NCBI GenBank assembly: GCA_003344405.1
Contig: NOWV01000232.1
Location: forward strand, 62,001 to 101,989
Reading direction: 5' to 3'
Length of the DNA: 39,989 bases
From: Trichoplax sp. H2
Lineage: Eukaryota
Below the pieces are notes generated by a model that was not told where the DNA came from, did no database searches, and saw only the letters and a list, made by a program, of their open reading frames with translations. A program made the translations under genes and the position numbers. Below, in pieces: positions 11,908 through 24,133 of the stretch; position 1 is the stretch's first letter, and each line of letters starts with the position of its first letter.

Positions 11908-14703
11908 TCTAAGTACAAATAAATTCGAAAAGTGGCTTTTTGTTTATCGTTCAATTCAATCTAAGGAGAAAAAGTAGAGTATTGATATTTTCTTACCGTT
12001 CTATCGATGGGAAGTAATTCACTCAAAGGAGAAAAAATGAAATAATAGATTTATCAGCGATAGTTGCAGAGAAAGGAAGAAAAAATATCCGGTGGTACAA
12101 TGGGAGTTTGTCCGACGTTAGAGACTTTTAGAGTTGGTATCGACACATTTATACCGTGCGAGTATTGCTCTTTTAGCAGTAGCTTAGTGAAAATACTTTG
12201 GATAGTGAGCTATAGTCTATACTCTACCATCAACGGTATATTATCCTTAATATTAGAAACAAAGTTTTGCACAGGACTGTAGATGTTTACTGATCAATTT
12301 ACTTTCCAGTACAATATACTCAAGACTTATTAGTGTTTGCCTTGAAAGCCTTGCCACGTGTCTTCACAATTTGAATCATGAATCACAAGTATGCCGATAA
12401 CTTCACGGGTTTTCACCAAAAGCATGGAGTTAACTGGCTAGTCCATACATTTTGTGCTATGTCCACGTGATTTTGCCAATAATAAATTAATTTCATGTGG
12501 TTGATAATAATGTGATTCTTAACCATAAATCTTCTGCTAGTGTCAATTTGCCGATAATTAAAACGATTTTGTATTCACTGGATTTGAAATTCATATTTCA
12601 TGTATCAAGTTGGCATAAAGAAAGCTACAGTTTATCTTAATTAACATGCAGTACAGTTCATTAAAATTTTATTGATGCTAGACAATGTAGATTTAGAAAT
12701 TCGCTAGCAATAGCTCGCGTGACCTTTCTACACCATACATTACGAAATTAGAGTCGCTCTCACTTGTACTTAAGCACTTTTGTAAAACTACGATTTATAA
12801 TTTTCACAATATTCAGTCTCGATATAGTGTGCTTCACATGGTGGTACAGCCAGCCATACAACTGCTTACCCTGGTGATTGTTATTAAGAGCTATGTTTAA
12901 ATTCCGCTATGCTACTTTAAAATTAATATTCTATATAGATCACAGCATAACTGTTACTATCAATTCAAAGATGAGCGCGACAAAACCATATCGAAATTTG
13001 GTACCTTAATTTCTTGGTTCTGTTGTACTCTGTCGAACACGAGGACTGTATTTGAACTAGTTAGTTATTTTTCCTTACGCTAATATTTATATTTTAGATT
13101 TAATGGTATAATCAAATCGAAATTTCATCAGTAAGCGTCCCTACAGAGTATTTTATTCCATTTACCTTCTATTTCGTAAAAAAACTGTTCTATAGTCTAT
13201 CCAACTTCATTTAAAACTACGTGCGAGTAATTTGGTTTTATATTTCATTTAATACTTCACTGCAGATGTGATTTGAAAATTTTATTGATTATTGGCTACC
13301 ATTAGCTTGCCAATGAAAAGTTGTTTTTGATTTTACTCTCTATGAGATTCTTACGGACACATTTAATTTTTTATTGGTAACGCTATCGTATCATCTAAAA
13401 TCGTACGAGTGCCTCTATTCGTCGTTAAATTGTATATCTTTTGATTCCAGTGTATTTTATTATTCTTCTCATTATTTTAAAGAATCCTCATATAATAATA
13501 CTGTATACTCGTATATGGACACCTAAAGCTAACTTTTTTCGAGTTATAAAACGATACCGTTTTGAGCATCTATTGTCTTTAATTGTACATTTGTAAATGT
13601 CTATTTACCGGTAAATTAAAATTCATTAATCCTCTCATTCTGCCGAACAAATTAAAACATACTTATTCTTAGAAATCTAAGAATATTAATTATCGACAAC
13701 AATGAAACTATGTAGGAATTGGGCTTTCAGTTACTTATATGAAGGCGTATATATTACTAGCCACACTTTGTCTCTACAGTGTTGTAGCAAGGTGATTTCA
13801 GTATTACTGAATAATGTATCCTCACTCTAAGTAAAGCAAAGAGAAACATTACAGCACAGCATCTCTGCGGGAAAAATCCACTTCCCTTTTAATATAATGA
13901 TAGACATTGTACGTCAATTTGCACCGAATTGACAATGTTACACAGTTATACCATATACCAATCGTGACGTAAACATCGGCGGTGTTCAAGTAGTGTAATG
14001 CCTCGACTTTTATTAATATCGATCATTTATTATAAATTGCTTCTTAATTAGTAAATTTTTGCAGCACATTATGCATTTGAAATAAAATAAAAATATTTCA
14101 CAATAAATATGTGAGCAAATTAAACGTACAGTACATGTTGGGATATATGGGTGAAATTATGTAGTATCTTGGTTGTAATTGATTGCTTGCATATTACATC
14201 AAAATGAAGAAATTTTGCTAAAAAGGACGCTAAAATTATTAAATATTGAAATTTTGTATTATGACCGCTAAGTAGTTTTGAAAAGATAGTGTCCACAATA
14301 TTGTACAGTATGTTATTTAAAATTTTACCATACAGGAGTTAATCCAAGCTGCTGTGGCGTTCCGCTTTCTACTATCTACCGACTTTACCCTCAAGTAGTG
14401 GCATGAAAGCAGCGAATGGAGATGCAGATAGTTAACTGCCGATGCAAATGTCCCATTTAGTAACTGAAAATTATATTGGTCAGAAGACCTTGAATTTTAG
14501 GGGCTAGTTGATAATTTGCGAAGTCATTAGAGTAAAAGAATGTAAAATCCTTTTAAATTAAAGAACTTTCATGGATGTAAGCTGATGACTGATAGGAATC
14601 ATGTAGTGTGTATTAGTTCTAAAACGAGCAAATAGCTAAGTTAGGTAAGCTTAATTAATTAACATTTCGGTATCTGAAAATGGATAATAATTTCTTGTTT
14701 TGT

Positions 14704-17242
14704 TTAACCCTCATCATCCTCATCGTCGTCATCCTCAATTCGACCTTGAGTCTCTGTTGCATTTAACGACGTAGTGGAGTGTGCCTTCGTGATATCCAGT
14801 CTTGGACTGAGACTGTTGGCCTGTATCATATTTCGGAATTCCTATCGAGCGACATAGCAAAGGATTAGATATATATAAACAAGGCCGGTACGGTAATTCA
14901 TTTCGTAAACAGGGCTTCAATGATAGAATCGCTTAGAAAACGGGTTTTATATTTATACCTCCAAATCTTCTTCCTCATTAATATTGGCAATGTATTGATC
15001 TGCTAACGTAAGAACTTCGAGCGCTTTCGCATGATAATGCATAGCACCGTGTATATAGTTGCCAAAGACAATCTTTAAAAACGTATGAGAAATGAAGTCA
15101 TCATAGATAAATAGGCATTAATTGTCATTTTAAATGGATAGTTTCTAACCTTAATATCCCGAATCTTCTCCTTCTCAAAATTATCCATTTCTTCTTCGAG
15201 AGATTTAGTCTGCTTTTCAGCATCGTCTCTAATTTTGCTAGTATCACTTTCCAGCTATGATGTAAAGATAAAAATGAATTATGTACTTCTATTTCTCTAG
15301 CTTACTACGACGTATGATTAGGGATGAGGTAGATAAAATTTCTGTTATTATCGATTTTTATTTTTAATTACCTGCATCTGATTTTATGTTATAATAAATT
15401 AAAGCAATGAGTTAAGGATAAAGCTTTTAGCCTATTGCATTATGAAATTTTATGTCATCGAGCCCTCGTGCCATTGTTTCCATACTAAATATATGCTAAA
15501 TCAGACAGCTATGTCTCATATACGTATTAGCAATAATTCTGTACTCGTATTACATAGTTATCAAGATACGAACACAGAGTTAATTAGCTCTCTATGCGTG
15601 CATAGTTTGATTATGCAAGTATCAATAAATAACAAAGTTGTAAAAAATTAATCTCTTATTGGAACACAGATATACTAATTATGAAAGATACAATTTTGCT
15701 TTTATTAGCTGGCTCTTTTCCTTTAATTCTTTCCAATTGTTTTTCTTTAGCAAGGAGTTTATCGCGAGCTGTGAAACCATTTTTCAAATCCTCCTATTTT
15801 TATCAAAGTTCAATTAAGCAAAATGGCTTTTCATCTGGTATGTTAGAATATAAATAAATAATTTTATTAGGAAACACTGTATCGTCGTTGCGTGATGCCA
15901 ATGTTTCGCAACAAAAACCTATTTATTACAGCGATCATTCCAGCAGCTGTCGTACCTTCATATGTCTGCATGTGTGACTATATCGAGAAAATGGCTCTAT
16001 AACTTTATTTTCAATGTGATCAGCCTAAGAAATAATTGTTAACACCGTGTTAATAGCACAAATAACTTTAAATTCTTAAGTAGTTACTATTTACTAATGT
16101 ATAGTAATAGATAAAAGGGAGGTAATTTTGCAAGGTGTAGATATATGTTGGATTTCGTCGCTTGATACTAAGATTCAGGATCTTACATGAGCTTGCATAT
16201 GGCTTTGCAAGGCAAGAAAGCAATCTACAAATCCTCGTAAGCCGTTCTTAATAGAAATGGATTCTTCATCAGCATAGTCATTAACAGCTTTTGCAACAAG
16301 TTCTGATCGCAATTTCAGTCTGCCCGTCTTGGTGGCTAACACTTGGAATCTCTGGTTAATTATGGCCAGATGTTTTTCCACTCTGGTAATTCGTTGGCTC
16401 AAAAATTTAAATTGGGCATCTCTATTTGCTCTAAAAAACGATATCCCATTTAATGAAGATTCCTTGCATATGCTACAGACCTCGACAGTTGGCCTTTAAA
16501 ATGCTATCTCAAATTTATAGCTGAATGAGAATTTGAAACGGTTTAATATTACTATAAAGCAAATCATCCGTAATGGAAATGATACGATAAAAATATTTGA
16601 ATTTCTAATACCGCACAGAATCTATGCTATTTAGTGATAAAGAAACTACAAATCGTTCACTTGTAGGCGAGCATCAACGATTCCACACTTTTTCACTGGA
16701 ATGTCATGCCTACAATAAAATGCTGTGCACCTATACTGTATTTTATCTACCAATCTCTGCTAGACAACGATATTTTAATAGAGCGTATGGATTAAATACA
16801 CATTGTTATCTATGGGAAAATGTTCATTTCTTGTCAATTTTAAATAATATGAGAGTGATGGTGAGTGGGATTTATTAATCGACCGTAAGGCACAGCAGTA
16901 TGTTTACTGTGCATACCGTGTTCGTACAGTATATATATATCTAAAGTGGCGTTTAATCGTGCAATATGAAATGTTTATACATACATTTAAATTTTATTTT
17001 GACTTTTTAGTACCTATCCAGGGTAAATTAACAAATTTAGCCGCAGAAATAATAATTGCTTCTCAGTACATTATCGCATCGATTACATTTTTAACAATAT
17101 TAGCCTAGCATAAAAATATATGTATAGTATATGGCCTATCTCCACTTATGACATGATTATCATTACTAGAGTTATGCTGCAATATTACTTACCTTTCCCT
17201 CTTGTTAGTAGGGCTACCAGGCGTATCCAAAAAAGAGCTCAT
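14704..17242 (-). CDS. FAM92: FAM92/CIBAR family BAR-domain protein (Chibby-interacting, ciliary transition zone), ~275 aa
   Basis: Exons (minus): 17242-17193, 16430-16187, 16024-15956, 15793-15692, [15377-15372 microexon], 15254-15150, 15072-14959, 14841-14704. The translation NRDAQFKFL..RVEKHL..KTGRLK..ENKVIEPF..FTARDK..DNFEKEKIRDIK..HAKALEV..NINEEEDLEEFRN..RLDI aligns with recalled human FAM92A (NRNAQTK..VEKHF..KTARLR..EAKVVEPL..NNFERQKMKDIK..HGKALEV..DEDEDLEVFRN..RLDI). Confidence 0.88.
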
Positions 17243-17699
17243 TATATAGGCTATTTATTTATCCAAATTTAATAGCAGGTCCACAAAAATTGAGCTATCT
17301 TTATTAACGTAATATATTTATATTTGCAGACGGGCTAGTTGGTTTGCTAGTTACCGGCTTATCATGGACTGCGTATATACAGTATGATTTACCTTCTGTC
17401 TATATTGTAGTATTTTCCTCAGTGAAAGTCCACTAACAATCTTTTTAGGAATACAGTAAGCTAAATCTTTCGTTTATTCAGTTATACTATTATTTAGAAT
17501 ACATGCTATTTGTTAATTAATTAAATGATGATCGATCGCCAATAATTTCACTTACTAAAGTCCAAATTAATATTAACATACATTCGAAATATCGTTGCCT
17601 AGTTTTGAAAGTGTTTATCGCAAGATGCGCATGCGTCAAGCTTTACTTTGGCCAAGGTAGTTTCTAAGATAATGGAGGTTATCCTGGTTGGAATTATTG

Positions 17700-17743
17700 T
17701 CAGGGACTTTTAAGACATAAGCATTTATCTTAATAGTCCCTGA
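17700..17743. repeat. 16-bp inverted repeat (hairpin), possible minimal MITE relic
   Basis: TCAGGGACTTTTAAGA (17700-17715) pairs with TCTTAATAGTCCCTGA (17728-17743) at 15/16 positions, with a 12-nt loop. Confidence 0.7.
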
Positions 17744-18099
17744 ATTTATACTATCCTGTACGTTATACTGTAGTCTATGATAGTTGCTAGCCGTCAATTT
17801 ACTGTACAGCAGAGGTCTGCATTCAGTAGTTCAAAAGTTATCCATCCAATGACAGAAGAAACTACACATGGACAAAACTAATGTCACTCGCTTCCTAGTG
17901 TAGGAACTGCTCTAGGCACGTAATATAGTGACATATTTTGGCTTACGACTTTACACCCAAATTCAATATCACCAGGACATCCATGCTGACCCTATACTGT
18001 ACAATTTGTATATAGCGGGCAGACGGTGATACGCTGTATCTGTACAGTCTGTTCTGCGCACAACCCTTAGTAGTGCAGTCACTTCATCCAAGACTTTTT

Positions 18100-18126
18100 C
18101 CCTAACCCTAACCCGAGCCCTAACCC
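18100..18126. repeat. Short interstitial telomere-type repeat (CCCTAA)n
   Basis: CCCTAA CCCTAA CCCGAG CCCTAA CCC, in 6-nt phase. Confidence 0.7.
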
Positions 18127-18281
18127 GTACAGCATGGTACTACGGCACTACTGCAAGTATCGGTCACGGTCAGCACTAGTAGTCCATACGTACTCCAGTA
18201 CTACAAACAAATTTAGTGGAGTGTGGAATCCCTCGACACAACAGGTGTAGTGCTACTGCTAAGGAAGATCTCGACGTTCGC

Positions 18282-21200
18282 ATGGGTAAATCAAATCTCG
18301 GTCAAAAGCGTGGAAAAAAATCGAAGAAAAGCAACGCAGCGCCTGCTGTTGGGACCACATTTAATAGTGTGGATATTCCTATCCTGGGAAAGGTAATGAA
18401 AGAATAAGAGATTGTAAAGTTGGAATACTAGATATTTCGTTGTATACGATTCATTCTGCCTTGAGCTCAATGCTAGCATCAGTAATTTCTGTCATAATAT
18501 TCCACAATAGACCTGTATGATGGAGTATACGGCACCAGTAGACAACCTGCTGTATAATGTATATGGGCACAATAAATTCATTTTACTACGGATGAAATAA
18601 ATGATTATTCTTCATAATGGCATGCAACCACATGCCTTGTGTACTGTACTTGTAAAGGAAAGATAGATGTTGGCTGATTGCAAGGCATGGACTACTAAAT
18701 TTACGAGCGAATGTAGTAGCCCATGACTTCGGTATAGACTGTAGCTGTAGACGTACAATTACCTTTTAGATCAGGAATGGGCAATACACCGACCATCCAA
18801 GCAGACAGTGTCAATAAGCATAACTCAAGGTATACCTTACAATTTTCAATCTACCGCAGTATTGCCCATCCTTGCTTTAGAGATCAGCCTTGCCTGCTTG
18901 GTAAAGCTGAAAGATGAACTACATAAATGCTGTACGTGTATAGCTCGCCATTTTGCTTGCAAGATGAGGAGACTACGAATGATATCTTAATAACAATTCA
19001 TATTACTATGCTCTACTGTGCAGATCTGCAATCGTGAAGCAGGAATAGATAGCATAGATGGTTTTATGGAAATGCATTTATTTAAATGAAATTACATTAG
19101 TAATAAATGCACAATTGCACATTTTGTATGGTAAATACGTAAATACGACATACGCATGCATTGCCTAAAGCACATTAACACTAGACATATACGCGTACTT
19201 TTCCATTAACAATAGTACAGTACTTGGAGTATTTAAGCACATAAAGCAGTATACGTATATCGCATACTTTATAGAATCTAATTACTCACCGCCAGTCCGT
19301 AATGATATCATTATTAATGTTCACAAAAGTAGAGTACAATTTGATATTTTGTCATAGGCGTAAAATGAATAAGATGAGATTATTGATATCAGTATACTTA
19401 CATATATAAACAGCTTTCGTCAAAGGATGATTCGGAAAGACAGTGTGCTTGTACCAGCTTAGCCAGTATCGTACTGGACGAGAACAACTTACCTCATTTA
19501 TTAAAGAATAACGTAATCGGAAAATTAGGTGTTCTACTATGTGACGACAATATAAACGTTATCCAAGCTGCTGCAGGAACATTAAGGAATATAGCTATTA
19601 ATGCCGGTCCTGATGTATGTCAGCGCATGGTATCCAAAGACCAAATCTTGGAATCTTTATCTTCATCGCTAAATATGGTAGGGGTATTTCGTAAAAACAG
19701 TAACTTAAATCATTAGCAAATACTGTAGCATGCCTAGCTTCGTGCGCTAATTACGAATTACTGTAGGATTTGTAAATCTTTATAAAAATGTAACAAATAG
19801 GATAGTAAATAATGAACTTTACTTAGTCGCGAAGTCACTGATTTTTAGCTATTTGCAGACATAATGTAATATGCTGTATATCTATACAATCGAACAATGT
19901 TGTAGTGCCTCTTCTAGTCAATTTGTAATTTTTAATGGTGACGTTAAAATTATTAACCATTATTGGTATTACAGATTTATTACCTGAGCAATGATCTTTA
20001 ATATTATAATCGCTTTTTATGTCGTAACAGATACTTGGAATGCTAAATCAGCCGGGTCGTAATGATGAAAACACTGAAAGGGAAAGCATTGCTGTAGATA
20101 GTCTTGATCATATCCTCAATGTTTTATGGAATATTTGGTAATTTTTTTTATAAGTTGGTTAACGTTCTTTCGGTTTGATTCCTTATCAATACTAACTAAA
20201 TTATTTCTGTAATAAAATTACTTAAAACAGTGAAAATTCTAGCGATGCAATCCATTACGTTAATCTGGAGAAGCTTCCTCTTTTGGTAATTCAATGTATA
20301 AGCCTACCGTCGGCAAGTAAATGTTTACAAATTTCTGCAGGTATCTCTTATGTTACTATTATGTTTATGTTTTAAAATGCTAATCCAATTGAATATTGTT
20401 ACGAAAGGGAATCATGAGTTTAACATGCTTTTAATCATTTGACTTTACCCACGTCTTATAGCTCAGTGTTTATATACCATCACTGAGGATAATCCTGCAA
20501 GTGGCCAGCATTTATGCAAGTCGCAGGATCATCTGAAAGTTATTGATACTATCTTGTCATCGGATGGGAATGATTCTCATTATTTTTTACTCAAAGTATT
20601 AATTGCAGGTTTGTTTACGATGGTATTTCGGCATTACCAAGTTTTTTGCATTTTTTGCTACAAATTTTTTTACGATGTATTGGCTGTAGGTACAATGATG
20701 AATGTTAAATCAACAATAGAAGCCGAAGCCTGGGAGAAAGTTCTCGGTACCGTTGCTAACGTTCTAAGACAAGTTCTTACATTTAATGCTGTCACTGAAA
20801 TGACTTCGATGGTAAAGATACTGCAGGCTGATACCGAAACGAATGATAGCCTTATGAAAAGATCATTTGATGATCAGCTGGAGAAGATTGCTAATTTCCT
20901 TAATGCTCAACAAATCGCTTTGGAGATAATAGCGAACGCATTCTTAAGCGAGGAAGGTAAATATGCGTTTTTAGAGGTGAAATTTATTTTGAAATTAATG
21001 TCATTCAACAGTTTTACCGGTTAGTTTTATCTCAGACTTTATGCTATGAATTTAAACAGATGACAATGATGATAACGATGAATGGCAGGATTTATCTGAT
21101 GGTCTTGAAAATGAAGACGAAATGGAGGAAGATAGCGACTTCAATGCAATCGTATGTGAATGAAGATTTAAAGTAGTATGTAGTAATGGGTTCTTATGCT

Positions 21201-22664
21201 CTAGTAATTTTCGTTCATTTTTTGAATTTTTCCTATCTTTAGCCTAATTTCGCCAACAATTCTGAAGTTTATACTGCATTTAACAATTATCAGCTTCCAA
21301 TGACGGTACTATACTTTAAGTTGTTTCTAATGGCTACATGTTTTGTATAGATGTATAAAATTTGAAGTAGCAACCGCTGGTCAAGAGCTTAACTGATTGA
21401 TAAATCTGCCGTTATGTTTTTAGATTTTAAAAAAAATAGAGTTTGCAGATCAGAATCTGTATGCAACTTACCAAGCACACGTACGGGGTAGACCATTACT
21501 AAGAAAGTATGTTAAGAGTTGCTTGATTGTAGCCAATTAATGAATATTCCTTTAAAATTTACTTATGTAACGTGTGATATTTTACCACAATTCAGATAAC
21601 TATCTACGGTTTTTTGATGTCGATAGGTTGGATGCAATACAAGTAAGAGCCTTGTCATGTCTAGATAACATGTTCTCTCTAGCGGATGTTGACTTGCAGT
21701 GCGATCAAGATGCCTTAGAAGCAATATGGAATGCATTATTTCAACTGGGATTCGGCCATACTGGTTTGTTCTTATTTAGTATTCTTGAACACCTTTCTTG
21801 ACCTAGTATAACTGCTTTACTACTTTTAAATGTTACTAGAGAGTATTCATTGCCGTAGAACTGACCATCATTTTATGGAATCGGTGATTTGTACTATGAG
21901 ATCTCTCCTACAAAGACTATATCGTTGCAATTCTAAGGTCTACTACTACTATAGAGAAAAATATTTTTCGTAACTATGTAGAGCTTTATTGTGTGCTATT
22001 AATAATCATAATACTGCTATCATAAATTTGGTGCAAGTAGTGTCTAAATGAAGAACAACTGACTGCCCTAGCTGAATATCTCAATAATAGCTCCATAAGC
22101 GACCACACAAAAGCTGGGTTAGTAGGGTTACTAGGTATCGCTGGACAGATGGCAAAAACTTGGGAGAATGATTCTGGATTACAAGTATTGAGAGTATGTA
22201 CATTTTAACTAAAGAATAAGTGACGCATAGACTTAGTTTAATTGTATACTGATCCATACTGGCGACTAAGACTTAACTGATTATGCCAATGACTAGTTAA
22301 CTGGAACAGTTCTATGTGTACTTAGCCAAAAAGAAGATAACTTATGGCTTGCTGCTGAAGCAGTGGATTCACTGATAGATATATTCGCAGATGGTAACGT
22401 TGCGGATACAGTTGCAAAGCAGCTTCGTGTCGTCGAACATTTACAGCAGTTATTACCAAGAATGAAATCGAAGGTATTCATACTATATACTGTACTATTA
22501 TAGGATACTAACAGACTATCCTCATATATTTATTTTTGAAAATTTTAAAACCATTGCAGATGAAGTCGGAGAGAGCAAACTTAGGGAAGAAGTTCCACTT
22601 TGTAGATAATGTTCGATTAAATTTAGTCCGTTTTATAAAGTACAAGAATGAGCAGACACCCTGA
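18282..22664 (+). CDS. HEATR3: HEAT repeat-containing protein 3 (Syo1 homolog, uL5/uL18 import chaperone), 14 exons, ~637 aa
   Basis: Exons: 18282-18392, 19414-19677, 20031-20137, 20231-20340, 20462-20608, 20690-20956, 21060-21151, 21243-21305, 21424-21506, 21627-21763, 21840-21937, 22041-22193, 22297-22473, 22560-22664 (1914 nt in frame). A basic MGKS N-terminus, ERQCACTSLA..LGVLLCD..AAAGTLRNI, LWNICENS, AQCLYTITEDN, an acidic loop, AEAVDSLIDIFADG and DNVRLNLVRFIKY match recalled HEATR3 motifs. Confidence 0.9.
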
Positions 22665-23200
22665 TTTAAAAGTTAGCAGTAAAAGCAACTTATTAAATTC
22701 TTCATTCTCTTCATTAATCTATAAATGATATGTTACAGTAAGAATTATTATTATTCACGATCTTGATAAAGAGTTTTTCAATGAAATAAAATGTGCTAAT
22801 CTACGAGTATACTTCTTATCGGTCAGCAATATTTGAGAGTTAAATCTCTTTTTACAACAAATACCAATTATGATAGACAATTTAGCATATACAGTACTAT
22901 TTAAGGATATGTACGATGTATGGATATAACCGATTTATGTCACTGTACCATGATCATCACTAGTGTTATTTAGTACAAAAGTCACAAGTTACAGATACGA
23001 TTATACTGTATTATTGCAATATTACATTATATAGCACTTTACTTGAGTTAGCAGGTATACGTATTACGTATACTGTATTGTAAGCGTCTGCATCACGTAA
23101 TATCAAACGTCTTGCATGGTGCTAGGAGAACTATCAGTAGTAAATAGATTATCACTCCGATCATATAGTATTCGCTTAAATTACTGTAGAATTCATATAT

Positions 23201-24133
23201 CTAGTCGTACTGGTAGACCATTTTTTTGGTGTTTGACAGCAATTTGTTACCACCTTTCTCTATGATCTCCAAGATCTTAAAGTGTTTAATTTTACTTATT
23301 TGAGGACTTTCACCAACTCTGACTAGATCGCCGATTCGACACTTTGATTTCTCATCATGGGCAAAAATTTTATTCTTTCGTAGGTAAAACTATATAAGAA
23401 ATAAGTGCAATGTCAGTAGTATCGTTACAAGCGAAGAGTGCGCATCATTCGAGGTGTGATATTGTACAAATTATATTATCAGTACTAGTATACCGGAGTG
23501 CACTGAGTTAATTTATAGTAATTTACAGGCACTGATACTTTGGAATCGAGTAAGATAATATCCGCTGGCATGCTTGCACTGTTCCTTGCACAATATGTAC
23601 ACGTGTAGTGCAATAAAGCAGGTTTGAACGCTATAGTTTTCAATGTTTGAACTCCAAATTATATAAGTCATAGTTTATACTACATATACAACCCTATTTT
23701 GGCATTGCCATGGAATCAAAACCTGATGACTACAACTTCTCTACAAGTCTAGAACAGAAACAGTCATAACTTGGTTTTTGCAGATACACTTGCAATCTAC
23801 TGCACATCATCTTCCATTAACTGTCCATATAGTACTGTAAATTACTAGGAAATAACTCCACCGCGTTACTGGTGGTCGTCTTAACAAACACTTGCACGGT
23901 AGACTTTATCGTCTACCGAAATGTCGACTAACTACTGTAATATTACGTACGATCAATGCACAAGAAAGGATAAGAAGAAAAGCGGTATACAGCTGTAACA
24001 TGGCGTCGTATAGCATGATTACTGCATCACGTACCTTGCACACCCTAGGATTTAAAACCGATCGGACGATTTCTACTTTGACAGTCTTGGCCATGCTCGT
24101 GGAAATAACACGACCTATACTAGACGCAGGCAT
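23201..24133 (-). CDS. MRPS17: Mitochondrial ribosomal protein S17 (uS17m), 2 exons, ~95 aa
   Basis: Exons 24133-24035 and 23389-23201 translate to MPASSIGRVISTSMAKTVKVEIVRSVLNPRVCK|FYLRKNKIFAHDEKSKCRIGDLVRVGESPQISKIKHFKILEII...; the uS17 signatures G.V.S..M.KT.KV, AHDE...C..GD.V and SK.K.F are present. Confidence 0.88.

Larger units (their letters stand above)
17243..18281. promoter_or_regulatory. Head-to-head (putative bidirectional) promoter region of FAM92 and HEATR3
   Basis: The divergent ATGs are at 17242 (-) and 18282 (+), ~1 kb apart. The interval contains an NRF1-like TGCGCATGCG (17626-17635), a hairpin (17700-17743) and CCCTAA repeats (18100-18126). Confidence 0.6.

Noticed and set aside
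11961..11996. GTAAGA...TTTCTCCTTAG possible 5'-UTR intron of VAT-1 paralog B
   Set aside because: Only 36 nt, far shorter than any intron supported here; the acceptor might pair with a more distant donor, which needs RNA data.
12330..12425. Minus-strand peptide NCEDTWQGFQGKH resembling a C-type lectin N-terminus
   Set aside because: It is immediately followed by stops and no downstream lectin motifs were found.
18601..18677. C/D-box-like ATGATTA...CTGA in HEATR3 intron 1 (snoRNA candidate)
   Set aside because: The C box is imperfect, there is no terminal stem and no rRNA-complementary guide was recognised.
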